Shown here: positions 52,952-63,716 of the stretch, piece by piece
Numbering within the stretch: the first letter of the stretch is position 1
Layout of the letters: every line of letters begins with the position of its first letter
From: Promethearchaeota archaeon
Lineage (GTDB): Archaea; Asgardarchaeota; Lokiarchaeia; Sigyniarchaeales; SOKP01
Reading direction: 5' to 3'
Length of the DNA: 64,000 nt
NCBI GenBank assembly: GCA_030603385.1
Contig: JAUVXW010000004.1
Coordinates: 93,088 to 157,087, forward strand
Position numbers and translations under genes: made by a program
Notes under the pieces: model-generated
Databases searched by the model: none
Told to the model about the DNA's origin: nothing
The model's input: only the letters and a program-made list of their open reading frames with translations

Positions 52952-53037
52952 GCCAGCGTATCCGAGTAGTTTAAGGAGGCGGCCTGCAGAGCCGTTGCTT
53001 TTCAGCATCGTGGGTGCAAATCCCACCGCTGGCTCCA
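52952..53037 (+). tRNA. tRNA-Cys(GCA) with encoded CCA and a long variable arm
   Basis: Acceptor GCCAGCG/CGCTGGC, anticodon stem GCGGC/GCCGT with loop CTGCAGA, T-stem GTGGG/CCCAC, U73 discriminator. Confidence 0.9.
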
Positions 53038-53168
53038 ATTTTTCCATTTCAAAACTAATAAATCTTAAATTCCTATGGATAAAAATTTGTCTACTAATCT
53101 CTTTTATTTTTCTTCTTCTTTAAAATTGATACAAATTTATAAATACCTCATAATTGAACATATAATCT

Positions 53169-54011
53169 ATGAGTGTTTTTGATTTAATGATTAAACGTAG
53201 ATCTGTTAGAGTATTTAAAGATCAAGAAGTTCAACAAAATATTATAGATAAACTTCTGGATGTTGCGAATAATTGTCCTTCTGGAGGAAATATACAGCCT
53301 ATATCAATAATTACTGTGCAGACCGCTGAAGGTCGATATCATTTAGGAAATTTGATTGGATCACAACCTTGGGTAAGAAATGCTCAATTATCAATGATTT
53401 TTTGTATTGATTTTTATAGAATAAAGAAATGGGCGACTTTATCCAATACTGCTTTTAAGGGTGAAAACGCTCTTTCACACTTTCTCATAGCTTATGCTGA
53501 CCTAATGTGTGCTGCTCAAAATGTTGTCATCACGGCAGAAAGCTTTGGGCTTGGATCAGTTTATGTTGGATCAATTCAAGGACTTGTTGATGAAATTAGA
53601 GAATATTTCTCAATACCCAAATTAGTTCTCCCTATGATGCTGCTATGTATAGGGTATCCTGAATCTATTCCAAATACTATCCCTAAATTAAATCGGAATA
53701 TTATCCTACATAAAGAAAAATATATATCCTTGGGTGATGCTGAAATTCAAGAAGCATATGAAGATAAGTATGGAGATTTTGATGAAGACCCTGAGAAGTA
53801 CTTTATGAAAGCATATATTGAAGTTATTGAAGCAAGTAAGCAACAAGGCGATAGATGGTTAAAATTAGCAAAGAAAAGACTTAAAAGATTAAAAATAACG
53901 AATCACGCCCAATTCTTATTTAAATTAAGATACCCTACTGATGCAATGGTAAGCATGAATGAAAAACTAATCCAATCTTTTAGAAATGCAGGTTTTAATT
54001 TTTTTAAATGA
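53169..54011 (+). CDS. Nitroreductase (NfsA-like)
   Basis: RRSVR, PSGGNIQP and AAQN..AESFGLGSVYVG motifs. Confidence 0.88.
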   Translation: MSVFDLMIKRRSVRVFKDQEVQQNIIDKLLDVANNCPSGGNIQPISIITVQTAEGRYHLGNLIGSQPWVRNAQLSMIFCIDFYRIKKWATLSNTAFKGENALSHFLIAYADLMCAAQNVVITAESFGLGSVYVGSIQGLVDEIREYFSIPKLVLPMMLLCIGYPESIPNTIPKLNRNIILHKEKYISLGDAEIQEAYEDKYGDFDEDPEKYFMKAYIEVIEASKQQGDRWLKLAKKRLKRLKITNHAQFLFKLRYPTDAMVSMNEKLIQSFRNAGFNFFK

Positions 54012-54032
54012 ATTTTCATTATGTAATGCGTA

Positions 54033-54326
54033 TTATCTTTCAGTATATCCAACGAATCCACCAACTAAAACGAGAACTCCTCCTACTAAACTAGTATAAA
54101 TTATCATTATAATACCTATAACCACACAAATAATCCAATTTATTTCTACAAATTTATGGGGTATGATTATACTTAATAGGATAATTGCTGCTAATATAAT
54201 TGAAAGTACTAATAAGATTACCTTTGAGTTATCTAAATTCTTACCACCAAATCCTAATATTGCATCTATTAAGCCTATCGCTCCGCCCAAACCTGCTAAT
54301 AATTTCATTATATCCTGATTTTGCAT
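54033..54326 (-). CDS. Small membrane protein
   Basis: Hydrophobic, 97 aa. Confidence 0.7.
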   Translation of the reverse strand: MQNQDIMKLLAGLGGAIGLIDAILGFGGKNLDNSKVILLVLSIILAAIILLSIIIPHKFVEINWIICVVIGIIMIIYTSLVGGVLVLVGGFVGYTER

Positions 54327-54495
54327 TTCATATACCTCATTTAAAACCTAAGAATATTATTGTAACAATCTTGATTTGGTATATTTATATTTTACTTAGT
54401 AATAGGTAAAAACTTCAAATTATAATGAAATTATTTATATAAAAAAGCTTTTATTTATCTTGAAAATCAAATTATTAAATATTTACTCAAGGTTT

Positions 54496-54786
54496 ATGAA
54501 GAATTTCGAAAAAGTAGAAAAAATCTTAAAAAAGCATAAAAAATATTTGAGGAATAAGTTCTATATAGAGAAAATAGGTGTTTTTGGGTCTTATTCAAAG
54601 GGTACACAGAAAAACAAAAGTGATATCGATATTTTTGTAGAATTTTATCAACCTATTGGATGGAAATTCTTCACATTAAAAGAATTTCTTGAAAAAATTT
54701 TAGGAATGAACGTTGATTTAGCAACAAGAAATTCATTAAGACCTCAAATGAAGGAAGACATTTTAAAAGACGTGATGTATGTATGA
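54496..54786 (+). CDS. Minimal nucleotidyltransferase antitoxin
   Basis: GVFGSYSKG..SDIDI motif. Confidence 0.9.
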   Translation: MKNFEKVEKILKKHKKYLRNKFYIEKIGVFGSYSKGTQKNKSDIDIFVEFYQPIGWKFFTLKEFLEKILGMNVDLATRNSLRPQMKEDILKDVMYV

Positions 54787-55154
54787 AAGAAAGAACACCT
54801 AAAATATATTTTGAGGATATAATCACCTTTATTGAACGGATTGAATCTTACATTCAGGATTTAAATTTTGAAAATTTTAAAGAAAATCAATTAGTTATTG
54901 ATGCTGTTATAAGAAATTTAGTGTTAATTGGTGAGGCTTCAAGAAATATTTCCTCTGAGATTAGAAAGAAATCCTCTAATGTCCCTTGGTCTGAGATGAT
55001 TGGATTGAGAAATCTAGCCACTCACGGCTATTTCAAAATAGACCTTACAATTATTTGGGATATAATTACTAAAGATATCCCTGAAAATAAACAATCTATT
55101 CAAAATATATTTAGTGAATTGCTTAAAGAATCGAAAGAAAATAATAAGAAATAA
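54783..55154 (+). CDS. HEPN (DUF86) toxin
   Basis: IGEA..W..MIGLRNLATHGY motif, ATGA overlap with MNT. Confidence 0.9.
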   Translation: MKERTPKIYFEDIITFIERIESYIQDLNFENFKENQLVIDAVIRNLVLIGEASRNISSEIRKKSSNVPWSEMIGLRNLATHGYFKIDLTIIWDIITKDIPENKQSIQNIFSELLKESKENNKK

Positions 55155-55530
55155 AGATTTTTAAGCTCTATTCATAATTTTCATTTTTAGAGTATAATAC
55201 TCACCAAGTAATAGGTAAAAACCAATATACAAGAACTATCTAATTGATATTTAATTGAGTGCAAAATTTTACATCATCTTCATATCCAAAGGTTTTTAAT
55301 AATTTTGCATGGGAGGATTTCAATATTTTATGTGGGATATTTCTTTTAGACAAACCCAATTCAACCTAATTTGGTTAAAATATTTGGATGGATTATAAGC
55401 TGTAATTATAATTCCTTTTCTTTGATAAAATGGCAATTCATTATGAACATGATGTGGAATTCAAAATAAGGTTTAATTAATTAAATCTTTGGATTAATTC
55501 ATATAAAAAATTCAACCTACTTCAATTATT

Positions 55531-57756
55531 TCAAGTCTTTAGTTTTATAAAGATTTTATTAGCAAAAGAATTTAATAAAACTGTTGTAACACTCAATGCC
55601 ATAGCAATCATAGCCCAAATAGGATGAACTAACCCAAAAATACCAGCAACTACTCCAATTGCATTAAATAAAAATGCTAAGATTATATTTTGAACTGTCT
55701 TTATATAACTAGATTTTCCAATAGAGTAAGCATCCAAAATACCTTTTAATCGCTCGTTTACTAAAATAATATCGGCTGATTCTATTGCAATATCTGTACC
55801 AGCACCAATAGCTATTCCTATATCTGCTTGCATAAGAGCAGGAGCATCATTAATCCCATCACCCACCATAACCACTTTATTTCCTTGAGACTGAAGCTCT
55901 CTAATTTTTGCTGCCTTTTCTTGAGGTAATACCTCTGCCAGAACTTTTCTAATTCTTAAATCTTTTGCGATGGCTTTCGCAACATACCAATTATCACCGG
56001 TAATGATAATTGGTTCAATTCCAGCATTCTCGAGTAATATGACTGTTTCTTTAGCATCCTCTTTTAAAACATCTCCTATCGCAATAAGTCCAATCATTTT
56101 CTTATCTTCTACAACATCTATTAAGGTTAAACCCTGATTCTCTAAATCAATTCTTTGTTTATTAAAAGCGTCAATTGTTATCCCTTCACTCTTAATAAAC
56201 CGTAAATTTCCCGCAAGTATAACCTTACCATTTATACTGCCTTTAACACCTTGACCGGGTATTCCTTGAAAATTATTTACTTCTTGTAGAATCACATTTT
56301 TAGAGAGAGCATATTCTACTATTGCTTTTCCTATTGGATGAGTCGATCCAACTTCAATGCTTGCGACTAATGAAAGTAATTCTTTTTCATCATAATATTC
56401 AGCCAATAAAATATCTACTATTTTAGGTTTTCCAATAGTTAAAGTGCCTGTTTTATCCAAAACAATTTTATTTACATCCTTAAACGCTTGGAATGCTTCC
56501 CCAGAACGCATAAGAATACCTCGTTGCGCAGCAATTCCCCCTCCACGTATCATGGCTAATGGTGTAGCCATCCCTAAAGCGCAAGGATAACCCATTATTA
56601 AGACTGCTAAACTAGCAAAGATAGCTTGCTCAAAGTTAAACCTTCCTATAAGTGCCCATGCTCCGATTGTCCAAAGAAAAAAAGCGATGATTGCAGCTGA
56701 AAACACAATTCTAACAAAGTATTTTAATACATAATCAATCAAAATTATAATTCCTGGTTTAAGGGCACGAGCTTCCTGAATATGCTGAGATATCTGTTGG
56801 AGGAAAGATTTTTCTCCTATTTTAGAAACTTCTACAATTAATGTGCCATGTTGATTTAGAGAACCACCAATCACTTCATCTCCGTGATCTTTTATGATTG
56901 GAACAGATTCTCCAGTCACAAGACTTTGATCTACAGAAGAGATACCTTTAATTACAATCCCATCGACTGGAATTCTTTCCCCTGATCGTATTCTAACTTT
57001 ATCTCCTTTATTAACTAATTCAATAGGAGTTTCTTCTTCTCTACCATCATCTTTTATAACTCTAGCTGTAGAAGGTTGAAGTTCCATAAGCTTTTTAATG
57101 GCTTGGGAAGATCGTGTTCTTACAAATAAAGATACATAACCAGACAATATATGATAAGTGGTTACGAATACACTTACTGCAAAAAAATCTGCGGTTGGCC
57201 ATGGTTGAGCAAAAAAACCATAAATGCCTCCCATTAAACCACCAAATGCCGCAAACTCTAATAGTACATGTTGGTTAAGAATCCATCGCCGTATTGATGC
57301 CCATGCCATATGTTTAATATACCAACCAGGAATAAACATCGTGATTATTGCTATTATAAGCATTAGCCATGGCAAGAACTGTAATTTAAATCCCAACCAC
57401 ATAAAAATCATCAATGTTAATGAGATTATTGTTAATAGGATAGCTATAAATAATCGTTTCTTTTCTTTTTGTAATTCTTGTTCTTCTTCTTCGAAACTTC
57501 TAACTTTATTAGGATCTCTAATTTTAAAACCTAAATCACGTAAAGTTTCTTTAATTTTATCGGAATTAATTAAATTAATATCATATTGAACTAGTGTTTC
57601 TTCATGTGCTAAACTCACTCCTACTTCTTTAACTCCATTTATACGTAGGAGCGCTTGTTTGATTGTTTGAGTGCAAAAAGAGCATTGCATACCCCCAATT
57701 TTAATTAGAATCTTCTCAAGCGACTCATTCATCGTATTTGAAGCCATTATAACCAA
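55531..57756 (-). CDS. Heavy-metal P1B-type ATPase (CopA-like)
   Basis: GMQCSFC, TGES, CPC-type YPCALG, DKTGT and GDGINDAP motifs. Confidence 0.92.
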   Translation of the reverse strand: MVIMASNTMNESLEKILIKIGGMQCSFCTQTIKQALLRINGVKEVGVSLAHEETLVQYDINLINSDKIKETLRDLGFKIRDPNKVRSFEEEEQELQKEKKRLFIAILLTIISLTLMIFMWLGFKLQFLPWLMLIIAIITMFIPGWYIKHMAWASIRRWILNQHVLLEFAAFGGLMGGIYGFFAQPWPTADFFAVSVFVTTYHILSGYVSLFVRTRSSQAIKKLMELQPSTARVIKDDGREEETPIELVNKGDKVRIRSGERIPVDGIVIKGISSVDQSLVTGESVPIIKDHGDEVIGGSLNQHGTLIVEVSKIGEKSFLQQISQHIQEARALKPGIIILIDYVLKYFVRIVFSAAIIAFFLWTIGAWALIGRFNFEQAIFASLAVLIMGYPCALGMATPLAMIRGGGIAAQRGILMRSGEAFQAFKDVNKIVLDKTGTLTIGKPKIVDILLAEYYDEKELLSLVASIEVGSTHPIGKAIVEYALSKNVILQEVNNFQGIPGQGVKGSINGKVILAGNLRFIKSEGITIDAFNKQRIDLENQGLTLIDVVEDKKMIGLIAIGDVLKEDAKETVILLENAGIEPIIITGDNWYVAKAIAKDLRIRKVLAEVLPQEKAAKIRELQSQGNKVVMVGDGINDAPALMQADIGIAIGAGTDIAIESADIILVNERLKGILDAYSIGKSSYIKTVQNIILAFLFNAIGVVAGIFGLVHPIWAMIAMALSVTTVLLNSFANKIFIKLKT

Positions 57757-57775
57757 ATTATTATTATTATCTAAA

Positions 57776-57994
57776 TTATGTAACAGGAAATCCTAATTTT
57801 TCTAACTTTCTCTTTAAAGATTCTATCGTAATCTTTTCCTCATCAAATAAAATTTTAACTTTCTGGGTTTTATGATCTGCTTTAATACTTATAACTCCTT
57901 GTTCATTTTTTAATACCGTCTGAATACGCGCTTCGCAATTATTACAATGAATTGCTTTATTTTTTGCAATAAGTTCTACATTTACTGGTTTAAT
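57776..57994 (-). CDS. CopZ-like heavy-metal chaperone (HMA domain), probable ATT start, 72 aa
   Basis: (M)KPVNVELIAKNKAIHCNNCEARIQTVLKNEQGV...LEKLGFPVT. No ATG/GTG/TTG in frame after the upstream stop, so absent from the track. Confidence 0.8.
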   Translation of the reverse strand: MKPVNVELIAKNKAIHCNNCEARIQTVLKNEQGVISIKADHKTQKVKILFDEEKITIESLKRKLEKLGFPVT

Positions 57995-58101
57995 TTTAAA
58001 TCACATTTAGTTTTAATTTAAATGATTAAAAACTTACTATCCAAAAATATTTAATTTCTAGTTTGATAGAATTAACTATATTTAATCTTTAAAGAAGAAA
58101 A

Positions 58102-59505
58102 TTATTCAATACAACAACTAATAACAGAAATATCTCGTTTGAATGATTGGGCAGTAAGCTTAATAGCTTCTGATAATGTCGGAAAAATGTGAATAGTATT
58201 AATTACATCATCAAGCATCATATGATTTTTAATAATCATAATACCTTCATGAATTAGATCAGCAGCATTAGGAGATAGAATATGAATACCTAATATTTCT
58301 TCAGTTTTCCGATTAATAACAATTTTTACTACTCCTCTATCTTCATTAATGATTTTTGATTTAGGTACAAAACTAATTGGAATAGTATTACATCTGCAAT
58401 CAAATCCCAATTGATTGGCTTGGAGATCAGTTAAACCAACACTTCCAACTTGAGGGTTGGTAAAAATGGCATGGGATATCACACTGTAATCCATTTTGAT
58501 TTTTTCATCTGTTAAAGCATTAGTTGCCGCAATCATTCCTTCTCTAGCAGCAACAGTTTCGAGCATTGGTTCTCCTATTACATCCCCTGCCGCCCATATA
58601 TTTTCGCTAGCATTCATGAACTCATCGACAATAATTTCTCCTTTTTTTCCTAAATTTATTCCGATCTCTTCTAATCCAATATTTTTAGTATTTGGTCTTC
58701 TTCCTGTGGCAACCAATATTTGGGTTGCTTTAAAAATTAATTCATTGTTATTGTGAATTACATATATCTTTATTTCAGAACCTTCCATTTCAACTTTCTT
58801 TATTTCAGCATTGGAGTATATTTCGATTCCCTCATCTTGAAGATATTCTTTCAGATAATGAGATATCTCAGGTTCTTCATTTGGTACTATATTATCCAAC
58901 ATTTCAAAAAGATACACTTTTGTTCCAAATCGAGAAAACAATTGAGCGAATTCAACTCCTAACGCACCCCCACCAAAAATTATCATTGTTTTTGGCAATT
59001 TTTTTAATTGAAGTGCTTCAATATTAGTAATATAATTAATTTGCTCAATACCATTTATTGGTGGGATAAAAGATGAAGATCCTGTAGCAATAATAAATTT
59101 TTTTGCTTTATACAATTTTTGATTATCTACTTGAATTTCTGAGTTTGAAACGAATTTAGCATTTCCTTCAACAAGTCCAACATTTGGTAATTTTTTTAAA
59201 ACATTCTCATATTTCTCATGTTGTAATTCTTTTAAGAGGTTATTTTTTCCCTCAATAATCTGCTGATATTTAAATGATATAGAAGATTTAATCCCTTGAA
59301 ATCTTTGTTTTTTTGATTCATGAATGAAATCCCCAATATTTAGTAAATATTTCGTAGGTACACACCCTACATTAACACAAGTCCCACCTAATCCAATCAC
59401 ATCATTATTCACCATTAATGTTTTAGCTTTGAGCTCATTTGCTTTCATTCCTGCTGCGAATCCTGCTGCACCGCCACCCATAATAATTAAATCATACGGA
59501 TCCAT
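58102..59505 (-). CDS. merA: Mercuric reductase
   Basis: GGTCVNVGCVP, FPTLSE and C-terminal SCC. Confidence 0.85.
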   Translation of the reverse strand: MDPYDLIIMGGGAAGFAAGMKANELKAKTLMVNNDVIGLGGTCVNVGCVPTKYLLNIGDFIHESKKQRFQGIKSSISFKYQQIIEGKNNLLKELQHEKYENVLKKLPNVGLVEGNAKFVSNSEIQVDNQKLYKAKKFIIATGSSSFIPPINGIEQINYITNIEALQLKKLPKTMIIFGGGALGVEFAQLFSRFGTKVYLFEMLDNIVPNEEPEISHYLKEYLQDEGIEIYSNAEIKKVEMEGSEIKIYVIHNNNELIFKATQILVATGRRPNTKNIGLEEIGINLGKKGEIIVDEFMNASENIWAAGDVIGEPMLETVAAREGMIAATNALTDEKIKMDYSVISHAIFTNPQVGSVGLTDLQANQLGFDCRCNTIPISFVPKSKIINEDRGVVKIVINRKTEEILGIHILSPNAADLIHEGIMIIKNHMMLDDVINTIHIFPTLSEAIKLTAQSFKRDISVISCCIE

Positions 59506-59608
59506 TTTCTTTCAGCTTATAAGTTAAAGTTTCTTACTTAGTTTTTTAAATTATTACAATTAGTTGATTTTAAATTAGTAAACTAATTTTACAATTACTG
59601 GGATATAA

Positions 59609-59761
59609 TCAGCAACAATGTTTTCTTCGTGTTTGTGATTTTAAGGTCTTTTTGGAGTTTAGGTTATTTGTTTCTCTCTTAAAAGACAATTCAATACCAC
59701 AAAATTCACAAAATTGATAATCAACATCAGTTATTGTTGCTCCACAATTAGGACATTTCAA
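59609..59761 (-). CDS. 50-aa zinc-ribbon protein ending in Cys-Cys
   Basis: MKCPNCGATITDVDYQFCEFCGIELSFKRETNNLNSKKTLKSQTRRKHCC, TTG start after GAGGA. Confidence 0.65.
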   Translation of the reverse strand: MKCPNCGATITDVDYQFCEFCGIELSFKRETNNLNSKKTLKSQTRRKHCC

Positions 59762-60274
59762 TTTAACATCCTCAAATAATGAGATATTATGTAATCTTTT
59801 AATAAAAAGTAGGAACTACATTTTTTAATATTAATCATTTATTATTATAAATTCAAGATATAAATAAGTCTATAATTTTATAAATAAAGTGTTTTTTGTT
59901 CAAATTGTAAAAGTTAAATTTGAATTACAAAAATGATTAAAAATTCGAGAGTAAATTCTCGTCTCAGTCAATAACTAAAAATTATTTAATGTTATCATTG
60001 ATTTCTTTATCCATCTTTGTTTTCTCTTGCTAGAATCTGTAATCAAGAGGTACTACTATATGCGAATAATACTCAACTTCATCCATGAGCGTTTTGTTTC
60101 CACTTAAAAATTCCTTTACAACCTTAATATTCTAAACTCATTAATTATCTATTTACTAGTATTTATCCTTGTTTAACTGTCCATAAAAGGATAATTACTA
60201 AACAATTATATCTCTCTTTTATCGAGGTAAAATTTTGTTCTTTTTTTAGTCCAAGGATGATTGATGGATTTTAA

Positions 60275-60559
60275 TTTATAATATTCGAGATAATTTTTGT
60301 TCCCAAATCGGAAGAAACTGCAGATAAGCCTGATTTTATAGTTTATATGGATAATATCCCTATAATACATGTTGAGGGTAAAAATCCTTATGATCCTGTT
60401 GATAAATGGTTATCGGCTGACACTACAAATCGACTTTTTGACCAAGTCTATAGATTCAGAGGAAGAGAAGATAATAACATTCCCATAATTGTTACTGATT
60501 TTATTCATATTTGGGTTATAGATAAAGACTCTCCTAATTCGATAGTTTTAAATTACTAA
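60275..60559 (+). pseudogene. Remnant of a restriction-enzyme-like PD-(D/E)XK N-terminal domain
   Basis: KPDFIVYMDNIPIIHVEGKNP, truncated. Confidence 0.5.
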
Positions 60560-60668
60560 AATTTTATTCTTCTTCAAGTTGGTTAACTTCGATTTAAAGA
60601 TTGAAATTGCTCAAAATTAGTAAAAATTATTATAGTCAATCTTGAGGAGAAATTTTCAAATGTGAATT

Positions 60669-61235
60669 ATGGATTTTATCGTATTAATTTTAATTGCAAT
60701 AGCTTTAGCAATGGATGCATTTGCGGTTTCTATTTCTTGTGGAATCATTATAAAAGATGTGAAATTAAAACATGCATTAAAAATCGCTTTTTTTACTGGT
60801 TTTTTTCAAGGATTTCTTACATTTTTAGGTTGGCTTGGGGGAATTTATATTGCATATTTAATATCGAATATTGATCATTGGATTGCATTCGTTCTACTTG
60901 TAGTAATTGGGACTAAAATGATTTATGAATCTATAAAAATTGATTCAGATGAGAATAAAAAGTTTAATCCGCTCAAATTTTCAGTTTTAATATTATTGGG
61001 CATTGCAACGAGCATTGATGCTTTAGCTATAGGGTTAAGTTTTGCCCTCTTGAATGTTTCCATTTTAGTTCCAGTAATATTAATCGGAATTATGGCATTT
61101 GGTTTTTCTGTATTTGGAGTTCTCATTGGAAAAAAAGCTGGTCAAGTTTTCGGGAATAAAGTCGAAATAATTGGTGGGTTTATTTTAATCGGAATAGGAG
61201 TAAATATATTGATTAACCATTTATTTTTTGCATGA
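60669..61235 (+). CDS. mntP: Manganese efflux pump MntP
   Basis: ALAMDAFAVS, DHWIAF and ATSIDALAIG motifs. Confidence 0.92.
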   Translation: MDFIVLILIAIALAMDAFAVSISCGIIIKDVKLKHALKIAFFTGFFQGFLTFLGWLGGIYIAYLISNIDHWIAFVLLVVIGTKMIYESIKIDSDENKKFNPLKFSVLILLGIATSIDALAIGLSFALLNVSILVPVILIGIMAFGFSVFGVLIGKKAGQVFGNKVEIIGGFILIGIGVNILINHLFFA

Positions 61236-62082
61236 ATTCTTTCCAATTATGTTCAATAAATAAGATTTTTGGTTTTTCTAGAAAAAGGGTATTTAAGGTT
61301 TTCTTTTTTAGTGGTCTTTTTTTATTTATGATATTGATAGTTACTTAATGATGATCAATATCACTCATATACTTCTCATATAATTTTATTATATTGTCTT
61401 GCAGATTGCCGTTTCCTTACGTCTCCAAATAGAACAATCGCGCATGCTAAGGATAAGATTATTCCTTCCATATATGTCAGTTGCAATTGGGGCAATAATT
61501 TTCCCATGAATTAAAAGTGATTTTAATTAATTAATAATTTCCTCTTTTCCTTGAATTGTAAGTTCATTACTATTTATACTTTAAGTGAAAGTAAAATGCG
61601 GTGGATTGGAAAAATAATAGTTTTAACAATACATCATCCTATAAAAAGTAATTAATAGTTCCGCGTCCCATTTTTTAAGTGAATTTTCTGACCATAAAAT
61701 TCGTTTATTTCTTTTTAACAATTTCCCAGCTCCATGAAGTTCATTACCATATGAACTTATTTTTAAATGGGTGGAGGAAATCGGGAAACGGTGATATTAT
61801 TTATTCCCACTAATCTTGTTTATTTTAGTATGAGAAAAAATGTGTTTAGTATCAGTTAATAATTGAACATTTACCAAATCGTTTTAATATAATTTTCAAT
61901 TTTTAAGTAGGCATCAATTTAAATATTAAATCATACAAATTTGGTGATGATTTTTTAAGTTTTTTAAGTTAAACTCTATAATTTTGCAGAAAAGTCTTTT
62001 TATATTAGATAACCCTAATGTTTAAATAACAACAATAACAACTCTCACATGGAAAATTATAAAAAATAATAATAAAATAAAG

Positions 62083-63009
62083 ATGATTTTTATGTTAATC
62101 ATAGATCTAATGGTTCCACTTTTTCTGGCGTTTAGAGAGGGGTTAGAGGCAATTCTTGTGGTGGTTTTGATTCTATTATACTTAAAGAAGACGGATCAGC
62201 GATTTTATTATAAGTATGTCTATATTGGAAGCATTTTAGCGATTTTTTCGAGTGTTATATTTGCAATTGTATTTACAGCTATATTTAGGGGATTTTCTGG
62301 TACAGCGGAGCAAATATTTGAAGGTGTTGCTTTCATTATTTCGGGACTTTTTGTTGTAACGTTAGTTTTATGGATGAGCAAGGAAGGACCTAAAATGAAG
62401 AAACATCTGGAAGAAAAGGTTGAGCTTTCAATTGAAACAGGAAGAGTTTTATCAATATCAATTCTTACATATGTGATTATCATTCGAGAAGGAATTGAAT
62501 TGGTGCTTTTACTAACAGGGGCAACATCTGTTGGATCTCTGAACCAGGTAGACGTCATATTAGGTTCTTTAATTGGTCTTGGTATTTCAGTGGGCTTAGG
62601 ATTGCTTATCTACTTTGGGGTGAAAAACATTAATTTATCCAAGTTCTTTAAAGTAACCAATGTTATTCTTATATTGTTTGTAGCAGGCTTAATTACATAT
62701 GGAATACATGAGCTTATTGAAGCTGGAGTAGTAAATCCTATCATCCAAGAAGTATGGAACATTAAACATATCCTACCTGACAAATTTCCTGATGATAATC
62801 CATTAACCCCAGAATGGCTTGAAATTATTGGATCGCTGTTAAAAGCGTTATTTGGATATAATGCGAATCCTTCTTTGTTAGAACTAATAATATATCCAAG
62901 TATACTAATTTCAATTGGTATTATTTCATTGAAATTGTGGAAACGAACGAATGCTACTTTATTAATGGAGTTAGAAGAAGAAAAACAAACCAAAATTTCT
63001 TTAGATTAA
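62083..63009 (+). CDS. FTR1-family iron permease
   Basis: REGLE and REGIE motifs. Confidence 0.9.
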   Translation: MIFMLIIDLMVPLFLAFREGLEAILVVVLILLYLKKTDQRFYYKYVYIGSILAIFSSVIFAIVFTAIFRGFSGTAEQIFEGVAFIISGLFVVTLVLWMSKEGPKMKKHLEEKVELSIETGRVLSISILTYVIIIREGIELVLLLTGATSVGSLNQVDVILGSLIGLGISVGLGLLIYFGVKNINLSKFFKVTNVILILFVAGLITYGIHELIEAGVVNPIIQEVWNIKHILPDKFPDDNPLTPEWLEIIGSLLKALFGYNANPSLLELIIYPSILISIGIISLKLWKRTNATLLMELEEEKQTKISLD

Positions 63010-63716
63010 TTTTTTTTTTATTTTATTTTTTTTTATTCATGCGACAGATCCTTTTTCTTCATTTTGTTAAGTTATTGTGATGCCTTGTAAAATTTTTTAT
63101 GTCAAAATTTATCATCAATAAACCTGAATATTAGGCATTATGGAAAATTTGATTTCATTTTCTTTTCTTATAATGAATTCTAAAATCCTATAAATCGTAG
63201 AATATTCTATATCATCAACCTTTATTTCGATTTTTGTATAATAATAATCGTGATATATTGTTTCAAGGGACTTCATTAAATTCCATTTATTAATTTGAAT
63301 CGGAATCATAGAAGCTTTTAACTCTTTTATTTCTCTTAAATGATCTTCAATTGTTAGAAAAAATTCACAACGTCAAAAATAACAATCCATCTATTCCTAA
63401 AACCATTAATATATCCTAAGTGTAATAAAAGAAGTAAAATAACTCAAAATAAAAGTATGAATAAAGATGAAATAATTCAATGGTTTACTACCTTCATCAA
63501 TAATTTCACATTAGACTGGTTTAGAGGACAAAAGCTAACATTTGAAAGCATTCATGAAATGAGAAAATAACCTTATTATTTATTATATCCCGCTAACCCT
63601 TAATTGACAGAAATGTTAATTGAGTTGTTCCCTAATAGAATGAAATACATATAAAAGGATTAAACCTAATCATTAACTACTTACAAATTATATTTTACTA
63701 TGATGATGAAAATCAT

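Larger units (their letters stand above)
54398..55222. repeat. 16-bp direct repeat AGTAATAGGTAAAAAC (54398-54413 and 55207-55222) flanking an MNT-HEPN pair
   Basis: Exact match read from the sequence. Confidence 0.7.

Noticed and set aside
61240-62080. Possible genes between mntP and FTR1
   Set aside because: Only short stop-interrupted fragments (e.g. YCPNC) with no supportable call.
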